The notes under the pieces are model-generated. The model was not told the DNA's origin and made no database searches. It saw nothing but the letters and a program-made list of their open reading frames with translations. Below, in pieces: positions 25,830 to 38,811 of a DNA stretch of 64,000 nucleotides (position 1 is its first letter; every line of letters begins with the position of its first letter). The stretch is from Felis catus (taxonomy: Eukaryota): contig NC_058368.1 in the NCBI RefSeq assembly GCF_018350175.1, forward strand, positions 197,038,001 to 197,102,000, written 5' to 3'. Position numbers and translations under genes: made by a program.

Positions 25830-26230
25830 GCTTTCTGGGATGATGGAAAGTCTAACACGGTGGGCACTGAGCTGTTGAGCGCTTAAAAAGTAACTAGTGT
25901 AGCTGAGGAGCTAATTTTGATTATTTTATTTGTCTTAAATTTATTTATTTAACTGAGGGATAGTTGACTAATTCTGATTAAGTTCAATTTAAATAGCCAC
26001 ACGTGGCTTAGTGGCTACCATATCTGGAATGTGGCAATTGGAGGGCTCCATAAAGATCCTGCTCAAAGCTGGACTTCAAAACTTGCCGTGCCCTTGAATC
26101 GGGGGGGGGGGGGGGGGGGGGAGGGGAGGTCTTATAAAAATGCAGGTTTGGATCCAGGAGGTCTGGGGCAGGGATGAGATTCTGCTTTTCTAACAAGCTC
26201 TTGGTGATGCTGATGCTGTAGGTCCGCAGT
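25830..26230. mobile_element. MER3-like and MER5A-like hAT remnants in IL17B intron 2
   Basis: ttaaatagccacacgtggcttagtggctaccat (MER3-like); ttctaacaagctc..ggtgatgctgatgctg (MER5A-like). Confidence 0.65.
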
Positions 26231-26875
26231 CAAACTCCCTCCCTCCCAATTAGCAGATGAGGAAACTGAGGCACAGAGAAGGCAAGGTCATAAAACAAGT
26301 CCCTGTACTCTCAGGTCTGGGAGGGAACTTGTCTGTGTGGCCCATCAGTGAACACCTAATGTCCAGGACAGACTCACATGGTAGGTGTCTGAAAAATATG
26401 TGCTGAACAAATAGAAACGAAGTCAGAATAGAACCCAGGCTTCCTGACTCCTCTTCTCGCGAGGATTAGGCATCAATGTGCTCATCTATCGTTTCCCATG
26501 TAAGAAGTTTCCCAGGGATATGAACATGGTGGGGGGGGGAGGGGGGGGCGGGTAGACGGAGAAGGCCTTAGCTTCTTTGCAATCCCAGAGCAGAATCTAG
26601 TACTGGGATGGGCAACTGGTGGATGAAAGAAGGGAGCTGGGTGACCTTGAGCCTGGACAACCTGGGGCTGGCTTGCCTCCCGAGATCTTCGGTTTTCTCC
26701 CCTGGCACACGGAGTTAATTACTGTCCATCCTCCACCACCGCGCAGTCTTGCTGTGGGAATGAAAGCCCCAGCGAGAAAAGGTAGGGGTGTGGGACCTGG
26801 GGACTGATTTGCTCTCCCCTCCCCCACCCTCCCGCCACTGCCTTCCACTCAGTGCTTTCTCCTGCCTTCTTGCAG

Positions 26876-27107
26876 CATCAACCACGACCCCAGCCGCATC
26901 CCCGCGGACCTACCGGAGGCGCGGTGCCTGTGTCTGGGCTGCGTGAACCCCTTCACCATGCAGGAGGACCGCAGCATGGTGAGCGTGCCTGTGTTCAGCC
27001 AGGTGCCCGTGCGCCGCCGCCTCTGCCCGCTGCCACCACGCACGGGGCCCTGCCGCCAGCGTGCGGTCATGGAGACCATTGCGGTGGGCTGCACCTGCAT
27101 CTTCTGA
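26876..27107 (+). CDS. IL17B: IL17B exon 3 coding part (cystine-knot C-terminus)
   Basis: Acceptor ttgcag, then (S)INHDPSRIPADLPEARCLCLGCVNPFTMQEDRSMVSVPVFSQVPVRRRLC...VGCTCIF-TGA. Exons sum to 21+290+232=543 nt, 180 aa. Confidence 0.97.
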
Positions 27108-27187
27108 ATCAGAGCCTGCGTGGGGGGGGGGCGGGGGGCGCGGAGACCACCCTCCCTGCGCCCCCGCGCCAAGCCAGGCCAATGAAA

Positions 27188-27300
27188 AGTAAACGCTGTC
27201 TTTTGTAAAGCGAGACTTTGGGTTCGCTCCTTGGGGCTCAGAAGCCGAAACCAGGGTGGGGGATGGGAGGCTGTTGGGATGTAGATTTCAGATCAATAAA
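27188..27300 (+). terminator. IL17B polyadenylation signals
   Basis: AGTAAA variant at 27188-27193 and AATAAA at 27295-27300, both downstream of the stop. Confidence 0.55.
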
Positions 27301-27875
27301 AAGGGATACTCCATCGCTCAGCGGTCTCCAACACTGACATAGGTTATTTTAAAAATACTGCATTCACTCTACCATTTAGGGCAGTCACATACTTCCTTTA
27401 ATTTGGGTTTGTAAGCCTACTTCAACCATGTTATTGGAGCTTCGTTGATATAAACCTATATAGGAGTGAACAAGCACCATCTCTCCCCCAGATAAGTCAA
27501 GGACGGTTGCGAGCAAGCTCTTAGGGAAGCGGGGAGCTTCCGGTTTCTGGAAAAGCCCGGCTAATGCTGAAGCTCTATGGATACTGTGGAGCAGATCCTG
27601 CTTTGGTTAGAGTAAGTGACCTAGAAGGGCTCTTTCAGCTCTGAGATTCTCTGCAGGTCAGCCCTAGACCCACAGAAGAGCCTTCAGGTTGCCAGAGAGT
27701 GGGGGGTTTTTAATCTGGGCCAGCCAGCCCCTGAAACTTTCACGCGGGTATGGATTTTTCCGGGCTGGGATCCCTTGCTTTGAACAGACACTCAAGAGTT
27801 GGGAAGCACCCGTGTCGATCATCCTTTCCTCCAGCCTTATGTGTAAGGGGATCTGGATAGATGGTTTCATGATAT

Positions 27876-28059
27876 CGGCGGTTCCTAAACTTTAGCTAGC
27901 GCCAGAATCACCTGGAGTACTCGTTAAAACACAGATCGCGGGGGCCCCACGTGCAGGGGTTCCAGGTGGGAGCTGAGACTTCGCATTTCCAATGCAGTGG
28001 TTCCCGGGTGATAACTGCTTGTCCGGGGGCCACACTTGGAGAACTTGGGAGAACCGCTG
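27876..28059 (+). mobile_element. MER5A-like hAT MITE
   Basis: cggcggttcctaaact..cagaatcacctgga..gttaaaacacagat...gagaaccgctg, with terminal inverted repeats. Confidence 0.7.
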
Positions 28060-29367
28060 GCTTATATCAAGATACTTTGCTGATCAGAAAGGCAGTGTGG
28101 ACTGCCTTGTCGTTAAACCCCTGCTGGTTCCTGCCCTTTGGATAAGTCCCCGCTCCCCCCATTACCTCCTTGCAATTCAATCCTCCCCCTGACCTCCTAG
28201 TCCCCCGCAGCTAGTCCTAAACCAGTTGTTCCAGGGTCTAAAAATACCTTCCCTCCTCCAAGACAGCTGAGGGGCTCAGGCTATTTTGTGAGGTTAAGAA
28301 CAGCTGGCACTTCAGGGTTAATTTCAACAGGAGGGCCAACAGCCAACAGAGGGCCACTTTGGCGACTCTTCCTTCAGTGCCTAAAGCAGTTTTAGCTCTG
28401 AAGGTTTTAAGACTCCAATTCATGAAAGGGCAATGATTAGGTATGAGCCTGTCTGGGGTGGTAAGCAACTTACCTTTTTTGGTATTGTTCTAGAGCGGAT
28501 ACTGGTTAAAATTACCCCAGGAAGCTTTGGCCTGGTTCCAGACACATGGAAAATAGACTTCATGTGCCAGCCCAAGCTGATGCCTCCAGCAGCCGGCCCT
28601 CCTCCCCAGGGGTTGTTCGCCTGTGAGGCCCCACAGCCCGCTCTCCAGGCCTTAGTAAGACTTCAGCAGCACACGAGGGACCCACGGCGTCAAGGCCTTG
28701 TGGTGGGGTGCAGGCGTGGGAAGAACTGAGCTGCAGGATGGTTGCTCTAGTGGGAGACTCGGGTTCCCTGGGGCATAGGGATTGGGCGGGGAGACTCCTC
28801 ATCCGGGTGGGACAGGCTGTTCTCCTACTGGAGCATCAGACACCCAGAGATCCTCACTAAGTGCCGGTTAGTTTTATATGGATGTTGCTTTTTCCTAACT
28901 TTCTGGGCTTCAGTATTCTCGTCTGTGAAACAAGCAGATGGGATTTCGGATCTTCAGGGTCTTTCCCAGTGTTACCATTCTGCAGCCTAGGAACTTGGCC
29001 TTGGGAGCCTGGGCTGGCAGCTGGCCCTTTCTAGTCCCCTGGTTTAAAGGCAGCAGCAGGGAGCTCAGGACCTTTGGAGGTCCAAGGAGAGAGCTGGGTC
29101 TACACTGTGCCCAGGAACCTCCTTTGGTTTGAGTCTGTGTGTGACTCATATTTTACACTGTCTGGTAAGAACCCCCCACTCCATGAGCATAGGGGCCTTA
29201 TCTGCATCTCCAGCACTCAGCACGGGCTCCAGTGCAAAAGAGTGCAGGGCTGGATGCATGAATGCATGCTGAATGCATGCATGCACGCATGCACAGAGGC
29301 CTCTAGGGGGAGCCCAAGGTTTGCCCCAGCTCCTGTTGCTCCTTCAAAGGTGTGTCAGGTGGGGTAG

Positions 29368-29590
29368 GGGGGTGCCTGGGTGGCTCAGTCAGTTAAACCT
29401 CCCACCTTCGCTCGGGTCATGATCTCGCGGTCCCTGAGTTCAAGCCCTGCATCGGGCTGTGTGCCCACCACTCAGAGAGCCTGGGGCCTGTTTTGGATTT
29501 TGTGTCCCCCTCTCTCTCTGACCCTCCCCCGTTCATGCTCTGTCTCTGTCTCAAAAATAAATAAACGTTTAAAAAAATTTTAAAAAAATG
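29368..29590 (+). mobile_element. Can-SINE
   Basis: SINE head, body and A tail. Confidence 0.9.
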
Positions 29591-30747
29591 GTGCATCGGG
29601 ACCAAGGCATTCCTCTCGCCCCTCCTATTCTTTAGCCACCCCCAGCTCTATCCTCCACCACCTCCCACACCCCCAAGTGTTCAAGTGTTGCTTAGGTCAC
29701 CTGCTGTAGGGATGGAGACCCTGCAAAGAGTTTTAAATGTCCACCACACTGCCCCAGGACCACTGAGTATGAGTGTGGCCTCCTTCCTGCTCTGTTTGGC
29801 AAATTACAGGGCTGTCTCTGCAAATGCTCTCTCTTCTCCCAGAGGGCTGTGGGCCCTTGGGGGCTTCTGTCCTGGTCTGAGAAGGCTGGGGTGGGCCCTG
29901 GGGCCAAGGCTTCCTGCCGGAACTTATGATCCCGTCTCCTATCTTCAGGAATCTCTGGCTTTTCCTTGCAGGCGGAGAGGTGGTGAGATCCAGTTCTCAG
30001 GTTTGGACTCGGGGAAGCAGGCCAGCTGTCAGCATGGGCACTTTGGCCTGCTTTGGTTCTGAGCTGTTCAGGCCTGTCTACCCAGATAAAGGAAGTTTCT
30101 GAAGAACCAGCCAAAGTCCCAGCTGAGGACTGGGGATCCGATGTAACTGTCCTGGTTTGCCTCTTCTGTGCGCACCTCCTTAGGGATGCAAGGGAGGGAC
30201 GGTTACCAGGGACAAGGTTGAAACTGGCCTTGGTCCAATACCAATGACCATCAGTTACAATAGGACAGCCCGTGGCATCTTCATTCCAAACACAGACCAT
30301 GAAAGGATGTCATTACATATTGATTCCACTGGCCCTGAGAAGAGGGGGAGGGCACAGCCCCACCCTGCAAGTGGTTGACAGAGTGCCTCTCTCTAACCCC
30401 CTTTCTGCTTCTCCTAACTTGTAGTCTGGATAAGGCTGCTCCAGGGGAGGGACCTGACTCTTCTAAGCCAATCAGCTTCGTCTCATCCCCTGTGTCCCTA
30501 TTACTGGTCCAGCAGCTGAGTCTTAAACCAATTAGCACGCGGCATTTGCTCGGTCACATTAGAATTGGTTCAGCAGGGGCCCACTGCCCAGCTGGCCCAG
30601 AGCCGACTGTGTTCACAGTCGTGCGAGACCGCTGCCCCTGGGCGCTCTTGGCGGCCATCCTTGACCAGGAGAGAAAAAACGGCGCTGGCACAGCACAGAG
30701 CTGATGCCTGCCCTGTGCCCGGACTCTCATAACCAATAAAACCTCTT

Positions 30748-30753
30748 TTTATT
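30748..30753 (-). terminator. Probable distal PCYOX1L polyA signal
   Basis: Minus-strand AATAAA about 1.05 kb past the stop; more proximal AATAAA at 31520-31525 and 31339-31344. Confidence 0.5.
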
Positions 30754-31800
30754 GCTGAAGCCACTTTAAGATTGGTTTTCTACTACTTCAACCAGAGGTA
30801 GAACATTCTCACCGATGTGCCAGCTTCATAATTCCTATAATAACCGACAGGTACGCGCTACGTGCACTTTAAAGGCACCGTCTTCTTCACTGACACAACC
30901 ATCACCTCAGCACAGCAAAAACAACTTCAAAGCCAATTTGGGCCTCCATCTGCTTGAAGGATATTTTTGGACCACCCTCCACCACCTAGGAACCGGTATT
31001 CTTGCAAGAAAGGTCCACTGTATCACTCTTCGACCCTTGCATAATGGACACAATGGCCAACTCTTCCAGGTGCCGAGGAAAAGCTTTTCTCTTCCTATGG
31101 CCTGGTATATTTCCCTTTTCCCACTGGATGTCAGGAAGCTCAGAGCTATCCCAAGAGCTCCACTGAGGTCACCATCTCTTCCTTAGGTCCTACCACAGTC
31201 ATGTCTCCCGACATGCAGGGTTGTTGAGAGGCTTGGCTGGTGTCTAGTAAGTTCTCAGCTAAGCACCTCACATCTAGCAAGCGCACAGTACAGAGGAAGC
31301 TTTGATCATGTCTGATGTTTTCTGATCTTCCCTTCTACTTTATTTGTAACCGTCTGGTACCTGTATTTCATTGTAGGTATTGCCTCACACACATTTTGGG
31401 AGTAGGCAATGGAAAACAATAAAGAAATCTGGTTCATAGTTCTTTCCCCGTATTTCCTCCCAATGATCCCCGCATTCTAGTTAGAAAACCCAATCAGAAG
31501 CAGCTGGAGAGGGTGGATTTTTATTTCTTCTTAAAAAAAATAAATAAAATGAATACACGGGCTGGGATTTCCTTCCCTTCTCTCATTCTCCCCCTTAAAA
31601 AGAAGCAAACACTGTGAGAGTCCTTAAGACAGAGAGGCAGAGAGCGGGCCACCTGGACCCACGCCGGAAGGAGAAGCAGCTTGACACACGAGGGGCCGGA
31701 GCGAGGCCTGGCGGGGGAGCGCAGCCTGCCCGACCGTGGCCGCTAGCGGGGGTGATCTATCGTCGGCGGGGATGGACCTTCCGGGATCTCCCCAGAGCCC

Positions 31801-32462
31801 TCACAGCTCAGTCTTCACCTTGTGCATCAGATCCTTCTGGTCAATCTTGTCTAGGTCCTGGTACCAGCGGTTGTAGGCCAGCAGGGCCACGTTCTTGGCA
31901 GCCACGGCCATCACCTCCACGGAGCTGGCCGCCCACTCCAGGGCATTGAGGTGGAAGAGCTGGTCGTGGAGGGCGAAGCGCGGGAGGCCGGTGTGGGAGC
32001 CGTACAGGGGGTGGGCCTGCCACTCGGCCGTCTGCACCGAGTAATAGGAGCGGAAGAGGGTCTTCAGCTGGGACCGGAGGAGGGGTTTGGGGGACTGCAC
32101 TCGCCAGACGGCTGCCTCTTGAGGCTGCTTCCGCCGGAAGTTGGCCGAGATGTTGACGGGACAGATGTTGTCCAGGGCACAGAAGAAGTTGGGGAAATCC
32201 GTGGTGAGGATGCTGGCAAAGGGGAAAAGCTTAGGGTCGGGGAAACCAAAGTAGGAAGAGTTGAGGTAGCCATGGACCAAGGAGACGACGGTGGGCTGGA
32301 AAGGGCCCTGGACGGCATCGATGGGCGGGTCGAAGCCTTCGAAGCTGATGGTGCTGCTGCTGTTGTCCAGGTGCAGGGGGGTGGCGATGACCACTATGTC
32401 ATAGAAGTCAGAGCCATTGCCCACCTCGTTCTCATACTCTACATAGTACAAGGGTTTCCCTT
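31801..32462 (-). CDS. PCYOX1L: PCYOX1L exon 6 coding part (prenylcysteine oxidase 1-like)
   Basis: Ends ...DKIDQKDLMHKVKTEL-TGA, a KDEL-like terminus. Exons total 1485 nt, 494 aa. Confidence 0.97.
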
Positions 32463-32946
32463 CTGGAAGGAGAGAGAATAGAGCACAAAAGTCGATTTAT
32501 TTCTCGGTTTCTACCCACTGATCTCCCCCCGGGGCCTAGTGCTGAGGGGATGAGACTCCCGTGCACCTGGGCTGTCCAGATGGTGGGTCCTGGGCTTTCC
32601 ATGCCGGTGTGGCTGCAGGGTGAGCACCGGACTGGGAGTCAGGAGACCTGAGCTTTGGCTCTAGCTCTGCTGTGGACTAGCTGGAGGAACTTGGGCAAGG
32701 CTGTGGCTTGAAGTCCTCCGTGGTCAAACGAACTGGGCTAGATGAAGGCAAGTCTCAGCTTTCTGGCTCTGACATCTGACTCAGGACGACAGTGCCCTCT
32801 GGCGTCACTCGGCAGTGCCGGGGCTTTCCACGGGTTTGTTGGAACCGCTCCCCCGCAGATCAAAGACCAGGGCTTAGGGGCAGAGTGGTGGAGGTGAGCA
32901 CGGGTCTAGGAATGGAGTGGCCACACCCCGTGCTCTGCTCACTCAC

Positions 32947-33087
32947 CTGTCTGTTGCAGGGTCACAGTGGTCACTGTGGCATGGATCACATTGGCCTTGG
33001 TGAGCTTCAGCAGACCGGAACAAACCAGCTTGTTGCCTCCCTCCACAGACCACAGGCTGCCCTGGGCCCCAGCGAGCGACATGGCTC
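32947..33087 (-). CDS. PCYOX1L: PCYOX1L exon 5
   Basis: (G)AMSLAGAQGSLWSVEGGNKLVCSGLLKLTKANVIHATVTTVTLQQT; 141 nt, donor GTGAGT. Confidence 0.95.
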
Positions 33088-33829
33088 CTAGGCAAAGCGG
33101 GCGAGAGCGGCCAGTGGGTTCTCAGAACCGCTGGGCTGTGTGGCTGGAGAGTCAAGCACCATCCTGCCTGCTGAGCCCTCCCTCTCAGGCCCGACTTCCC
33201 CAACACGGACAATGAGAGACAATACACACCCACAAATACAACAAACTCTACAATGCTATGAAGTCAAAATATGCTCAGGGCAAGAGCCAGCTATCAAAGA
33301 CCACAGATTGTAAGATTCTGTTTACACAGATCGCCCAGAAGGGGCAAATCCATAGAAATGCAGAGTGGATTTGTGGTTGTCCAAGGTTAGAAGGCAGGGG
33401 GTTACTGGGGAAGTGATGGCCACGGTTATGGGATTTTCTGGAGGCCACAAGAGTATTCCAAAATTGACTGGGATGATGGCTACACCACTCAAAACCATTG
33501 AATTGTTCACTTTAAATAGGTGGATTGGGGGCACCCGGCTGGTTCAGTCGGTGACTGAACTCTTGATCTCGGGGTTGTGAGTTCGAGCCCCACGTGGGGT
33601 GTAGTGATTACTTAAAAATAAAACCTTAAAAAAAATAAAGGGGCGAATTGTGTGGTATACGAATTGTATCTTGAAGGATACACACAAGTACTGGAAGAGG
33701 GAGCAGGACAGCCTCGTTGAGGGGACACTTGGCAGGACCTGAAGGCTGGGAGGGAGGTAACCATGCCAACAGCCAGAGGAACAGCAGCCTGGCCGTGGGA
33801 GGTACTTGCTAAATACAAACCTTTTCATT

Positions 33830-34720
33830 CATTTAGCCAACAAAAATGGGCTGAGTGCCTCCAATGGTCCAGGCCCTTTTCTATGTGTTTGGGATACCCA
33901 GTAAACAAAGGAGACAGAGCTTCCCGCCCCTGGGAAGCCTACCTCCTAGTGGGAAGAGATGAAAGGAGTAGATTAAATAGACAGCTAGAAGCTGATGGCC
34001 ACAGGGTAGGGGCACTGGCCCTGCTGCGGGCAGGAGAGCTTCCATGAAAAGGAACGTCTGCACAAAGACATGGTGGGGAGCAAGAGTTTACCAGAGAAGA
34101 ATGTTCCAGGTGGAGGGAGGGCCACCCAAAAGCCCCAAGACAGGGGTGTGTCAGGGGTGTGTCTGGAACGCTGGAGGCATGAAAAGGAGGCCGGAGTGGT
34201 TGGAGTGGGGATGAATGAGCAGGTAGGTGGTGGGGCCCAGGCCAGGCGGTGCCTTGAAGGCCACTGGAAGGGCTCTGGGTTTTACTTGAAGGCAAGCGGG
34301 AGCCCTTAACAGAGTTTTACACATAGGCCTGACATGATGTGTCTTTTGTTTTAAAAGGATCCTGCAGCTGAGCCCGCAGGGGGAAGGGGGCAGGAGGGCG
34401 GGGAGAGGGGCCTGGCGGGAGACCTGGAGTAATCCAGGTCAGGGAGGAAATGGCGGTGGGAAGCAGCCAGACCCTGGATATATGCGGAAGGCAAAGCAGA
34501 TGAGATTTCTTGACATACGAGTCAAGGTTTTGGCTGGAGCCATACAGAGGAGCTACTACCAACCAAGCTGGGAAGACCACAGGGGAGGCGGGCTTGAGGG
34601 GAAGGGTCAGGCGTTCAGGTCTGGCCACGCTGAGTGCCCGCCAGGCCTCCCAGTGGAGGCACCTGCTGAATGTGCAGTCCTGGAGGTCATGCTCGGGAGC
34701 CAGCGGGTGGAAGCGTGAGT
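33830..34720 (-). mobile_element. L2 LINE remnant in PCYOX1L intron 4
   Basis: cattcattt..aacaaa, aatgttccagg, gttttaaaaggatc and gagcagggagacc-like L2 motifs. Confidence 0.55.
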
Positions 34721-35152
34721 GGTCGAGAAGAGGACCATGAACCTGAACCTTCCATGTCAGCAGCCTAGGAGGAGGGATGGACCCAGCCTGTGCAGGTTGT
34801 GAACATGCCCCCTGGCCCCAGTAACGAGCTGGGGAGAGGAGACGGAGAGGAGACGCGCTGACGGAGGAGTACCCGGGGGCTCCGAGGCCCCAGTGGGGCA
34901 GTTCCTGAAACTCAGTGGTGGAAACACACTGGACCTTAGATCTCAGCTTTCCTTTCGCCATCTGAGAAGTGGGGCGAACACTATCTCCTGCCAGCCTGGA
35001 GGACTGATGGCCAGAATCAAATAGGGTTGAGGCAATAAGGTGCTTAGTCAACCAGGCCTGGTAAAAGTGAGGTTATTAAGGGGAGCCCAGCCTCTTCCGG
35101 GCGCTGTGGGCCAGGGGAAGGGCAGGAGGCAGGCCGAGGGCCAGAGGCTCAC

Positions 35153-35364
35153 CGGCAAAGGCGGGCATCGCCGCGGACTGGCCGTAGCTGGCCCGCAGGA
35201 CTGCAGAGACGACATCGTCGATGAAGCGCTGAGTGACGCCCACCTGGAGCAGGGACTCGGCCACGGAGCGCTGGGTCATGTTGACGAAGGCGGACTCGCC
35301 CAGCGAGTAGAGCAGCTCCTCCACGCCTGAGAAGGCGTAACCATGGGCCTGGTACTTATAGATC
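35153..35364 (-). CDS. PCYOX1L: PCYOX1L exon 4
   Basis: IYKYQAHGYAFSGVEELLYSLGE...SYGQSAAMPAFA; 212 nt, donor GTGAG. Confidence 0.96.
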
Positions 35365-36944
35365 CTGGAAGACACGCAGAGGAGCCCTTGTGCCGAAAGG
35401 CCTTCTGGCTGACCGCCCACTGCTGGCTCACCGCACCCGAGAGCCCCAGCAGGGACCTGCCCCTCCTCTCCGTGTAGGGGGGAGAGAAGGCTGATTACTC
35501 GGCCCGTTTGCTGACTCTGACGGTCCTTTCCCAGCCACAGCGACAGTGCAGAGGGTGGGGCGGACACCCTGGAATCGCACTAGACCTGGCTTCACATCAC
35601 GGCTCTGCGAAATGCGACTCTGGCACCCCTGTGAGGGCACAGCCCACTTCTCACTTGGGGGGGCAACTGCTGGGCAGTGTGGGCCACAGCCCGCCCCCAC
35701 AGACGCTGCCCCATCTGCAGCGGCTTTGGCTCTGCGCTGGCTTCTGGGGCCACACTGGACCTGATGGCGCCTGTCTCACACCAACATCGTCATGCTCTGT
35801 GCTAGCCCAGACTGGCCTCCCGTCCGGCTCCATCCAACAGGCTCTCACGCAGCCCTGAGCTCCCGTCTCGTCCCTCCACACCTCCCCCCCTCCCGGTCTC
35901 AGGGACTAGCGGTTGCTGGGACTCATCTGCTGGTAGATTTCCAGAGGTACTGGTCCTTGAAACGCTGCCTCTGCCTGGGCTACTTTGTAACCGTGTTGAC
36001 TCTGATCGTCAATGGGACGTCCAGACAGAGTTCCTCTCCCGCGAAAGAAAAAACTCAGCGTTGTCAGTTTGGGTAAAATTGGCAGGGGAGAGAAACAGAA
36101 GAAACAAGAGGGGTAAGGACATAACCTTTGGGGGACACCTGGAAAATATAAGAAGGGCCATGAAAGGCGTAGCTGGGGAGGTGGGGAAAGTGGAGGAGGC
36201 CAGGGGGCCACCTTGAATGACTGCCTCTGGGCCAGGAAGCGGGGCGGACATACAGCAGAGAGCTGGGGTGCCAACCGGTGAGCGGGTGAACTGTGGGAAG
36301 TGGACAGAGTGACACTGGACCACTTGTGCTCATTATCTGAAGGGGTCAGGAAAGAGACCGGGACCCAGGGAGGAGGGAAGTGGTGAAAAAAGGAGCTTGT
36401 TCTAGATGGGGAAACTGGGGGACAGCAGGGCTTGTAAGGGGTGGCCCACAGGCTGCGTGAGGCCTATACATGCTTCATTTCGCTTACTTATAAGATGAAT
36501 TGGTTGCATGTATTGAAAAACCAGATTTCACACGTAACTCTGGGTTTCTAGCTTCTTCCAAAAAACTGGAAGATCTCGCCACATGAGGTCAGCATTGCCA
36601 CGCGGCCACAGCTGGCTGCCCCCTTCGGTGGGGCCTTGCTCCTCAGGGCACCTGCTCCCTCCTCTTCTCTGCCCCCTCTCTATTGCACTCATTCACATCC
36701 CCGGTGCGCCCCCTGCAGGTGGCTGTATTTGCAACCCAGGCTCTTAAGTCATCATCAGTTCAGCGGAGGGAAGGAAGGCTAGTGCGGCAACACCAGAGAC
36801 CCATCCCCGCACCGTGCGGGGCTCTCACACGCGAGCAAGGAAGTCCCTTTTCCTTCTCGACAATTTACGGTCCAGCTGGGTCCCTCCCCGTCTCTCTTCC
36901 TCCCTCCCTCCGGAAGGCCTTGCCTGCGGCCTGCCCCGCCGTAC

Positions 36945-37119
36945 CTCATGAACTTCTCCATGACCTCCTCCACCCACATCTGCAGCCTCAGGAAGCTGAT
37001 GCCGTAGTGCCACCAGAGGCGGAAGAGGTTCAGCAGGTACCAGTCCGTCTCTTCCAGCACGAAGTGCTCCCCGCTGAAGATGGCGCTCCTGCCCACCACC
37101 TCTCGCCGGTGCCTCAGCC
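36945..37119 (-). CDS. PCYOX1L: PCYOX1L exon 3
   Basis: LRHRREVVGRSAIFSGEHFVLEETDWYLLNLFRLWWHYGISFLRLQMWVEEVMEKFM; 175 nt, phases fit the neighbouring exons. Confidence 0.96.
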
Positions 37120-37296
37120 CTGAGGAGACAGGGAGGAGCCCCTCAGGTCCCTCTCACGGGGCCCCCAAGGAGATCTAGCGGTGCCTGAAGCAAAACGCAG
37201 GGTCCTCCTGAAGGATGCAAACGGACGGGCTCCATTAAAGGGAATATGAACGCTACAGTTTGTTCATCTTTGCTGCTTGTTTAAAACAGTGAACGA

Positions 37297-37515
37297 GGGG
37301 TGCCTGGGTGGCTCACAGTCGGTTAAGCGTCCAACTTCGGCTCAGGTCACGATCTCGCGGTCCGTGAGTTCGAGCCCCTGGCTGAGTGCTGACAGCTCAG
37401 AGCCTGGAGCCCGCTTCGGATTCTGTGTCTCCCTCTCTCTCTGCCCCTCCCCCGTTTGTGCTCTGTCTCTCTCTGTCTCAAAAATAAATAAACATTAGAA
37501 AAATAAATAAATAAA
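37297..37515 (+). mobile_element. Can-SINE in PCYOX1L intron 2
   Basis: TSD-like aaaacagt(g/a)aa. Confidence 0.9.
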
Positions 37516-38811
37516 ACAGTAAATGAATGCACTGGGCTGGCTAGTCAATAAAGACGTGACAATGTAAATAATATGCCAGTTCAGTTTTTTTTTTTCCCCC
37601 ACAGGGATTCACTCAGTCATGAGGGAGGGAAATTCAGATGTCATCCCGGAATGTCCAGGGGCTGACAGCTGCAGGGCTTGCTCTCGGACGGTGGCCTTGG
37701 ACACCAAGACCGCCTGGAAGGACTCACGGCTCTTTGCAAGCTTCCACATGCTACAGCTCACAGAGCCCTGAGACTTAACATCTCATTTTATCCTTTCTCA
37801 GCCTGGGAAGAGGCAGAACAGGTGACAGCATCCCAGTTAAAGATGCAGAAACCGAGGCTTAGAGGTTATAGACCTGCCCCAAGCCACAGGTTTTTGTACA
37901 TTTCCCTCCTACTCCTGTCCCTGAGCCACTAAGTTCCCCCATCCCAAGGGCAACATTCCTTCAGCATCCTTCCAGAGACATTTTCTGCAAACACTCATAC
38001 GTGTATATATCTAGGGGGTTCTTCCTCCTCCCACCCCCACCCTCCACACACTGCTCTGCACCATCCTGACGTACTGTGTCTTGTAGATTGTTCTATACTT
38101 GGGCATAAAGGACTTCCTCAATCTGCCTGCTGAACTGTCTGCTGGCTATTTAATATTTACTCTCAGACCGCAGTGGGTGGGCACATGGGATATTTTCAAC
38201 CTTTTGCTACTACAAACAACACTTAATGAATAACCCTGTGTGCATGCCACTTAGCACATCTTCAAGTACACCTGCGGGATCCCTTCTGAGAAGCCGAGTT
38301 TGTGTGCGTCAAACAGTGTATGTCTTTGTGGCTTTGCTACATGCTGCTGGGGTTAAATCCAGCTCTCTTACTCGTTAGCTGCGGGGCCCCAGCCAAGGTG
38401 TAGACACCCTCTGAGCCTCCGTTTCCTCAGGAGATACAACCCCTGTCTTGCAGGAGGGAGGACTGGAGGTGAGGTAATGCCTACACACCGCCTAGAAGGA
38501 TGTTGGGTACCTGGCAAGCACACAGCATGTGGAAGCCATAAGATTATGGCTACTGAGAGGCAGCAAATTGAAAGGGAAGGAAACTGGCCCGGGAGTCCAA
38601 CCTGTGCTCTAATCCGGGCTCTGCAACTAACTCACTGCGTAACCTCAGGCAAGTGCCTTCCCCTCCCTGGTCTCAGCTGCTCCATCTGTAAAATGAGGAG
38701 ACTGGGCTATGTGACCTTCCGGCCTTGACCTTTGGGGCGATCTGGAAAGAGCCCAAAGGCTGCCACCAGCCTCGGGCGCTGTGTGCTGGAGCCCCGGGAC
38801 GGTGCACTCAC

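Noticed and set aside
31951..32481. 176-aa plus-strand ORF
   Set aside because: Antisense shadow of the GC3-rich PCYOX1L exon 6.
34317..35051. 244-aa minus-strand ORF in PCYOX1L intron 4
   Set aside because: Runs through L2/MIR remnants, has no homology I recognise, and the spliced CDS is complete without it.
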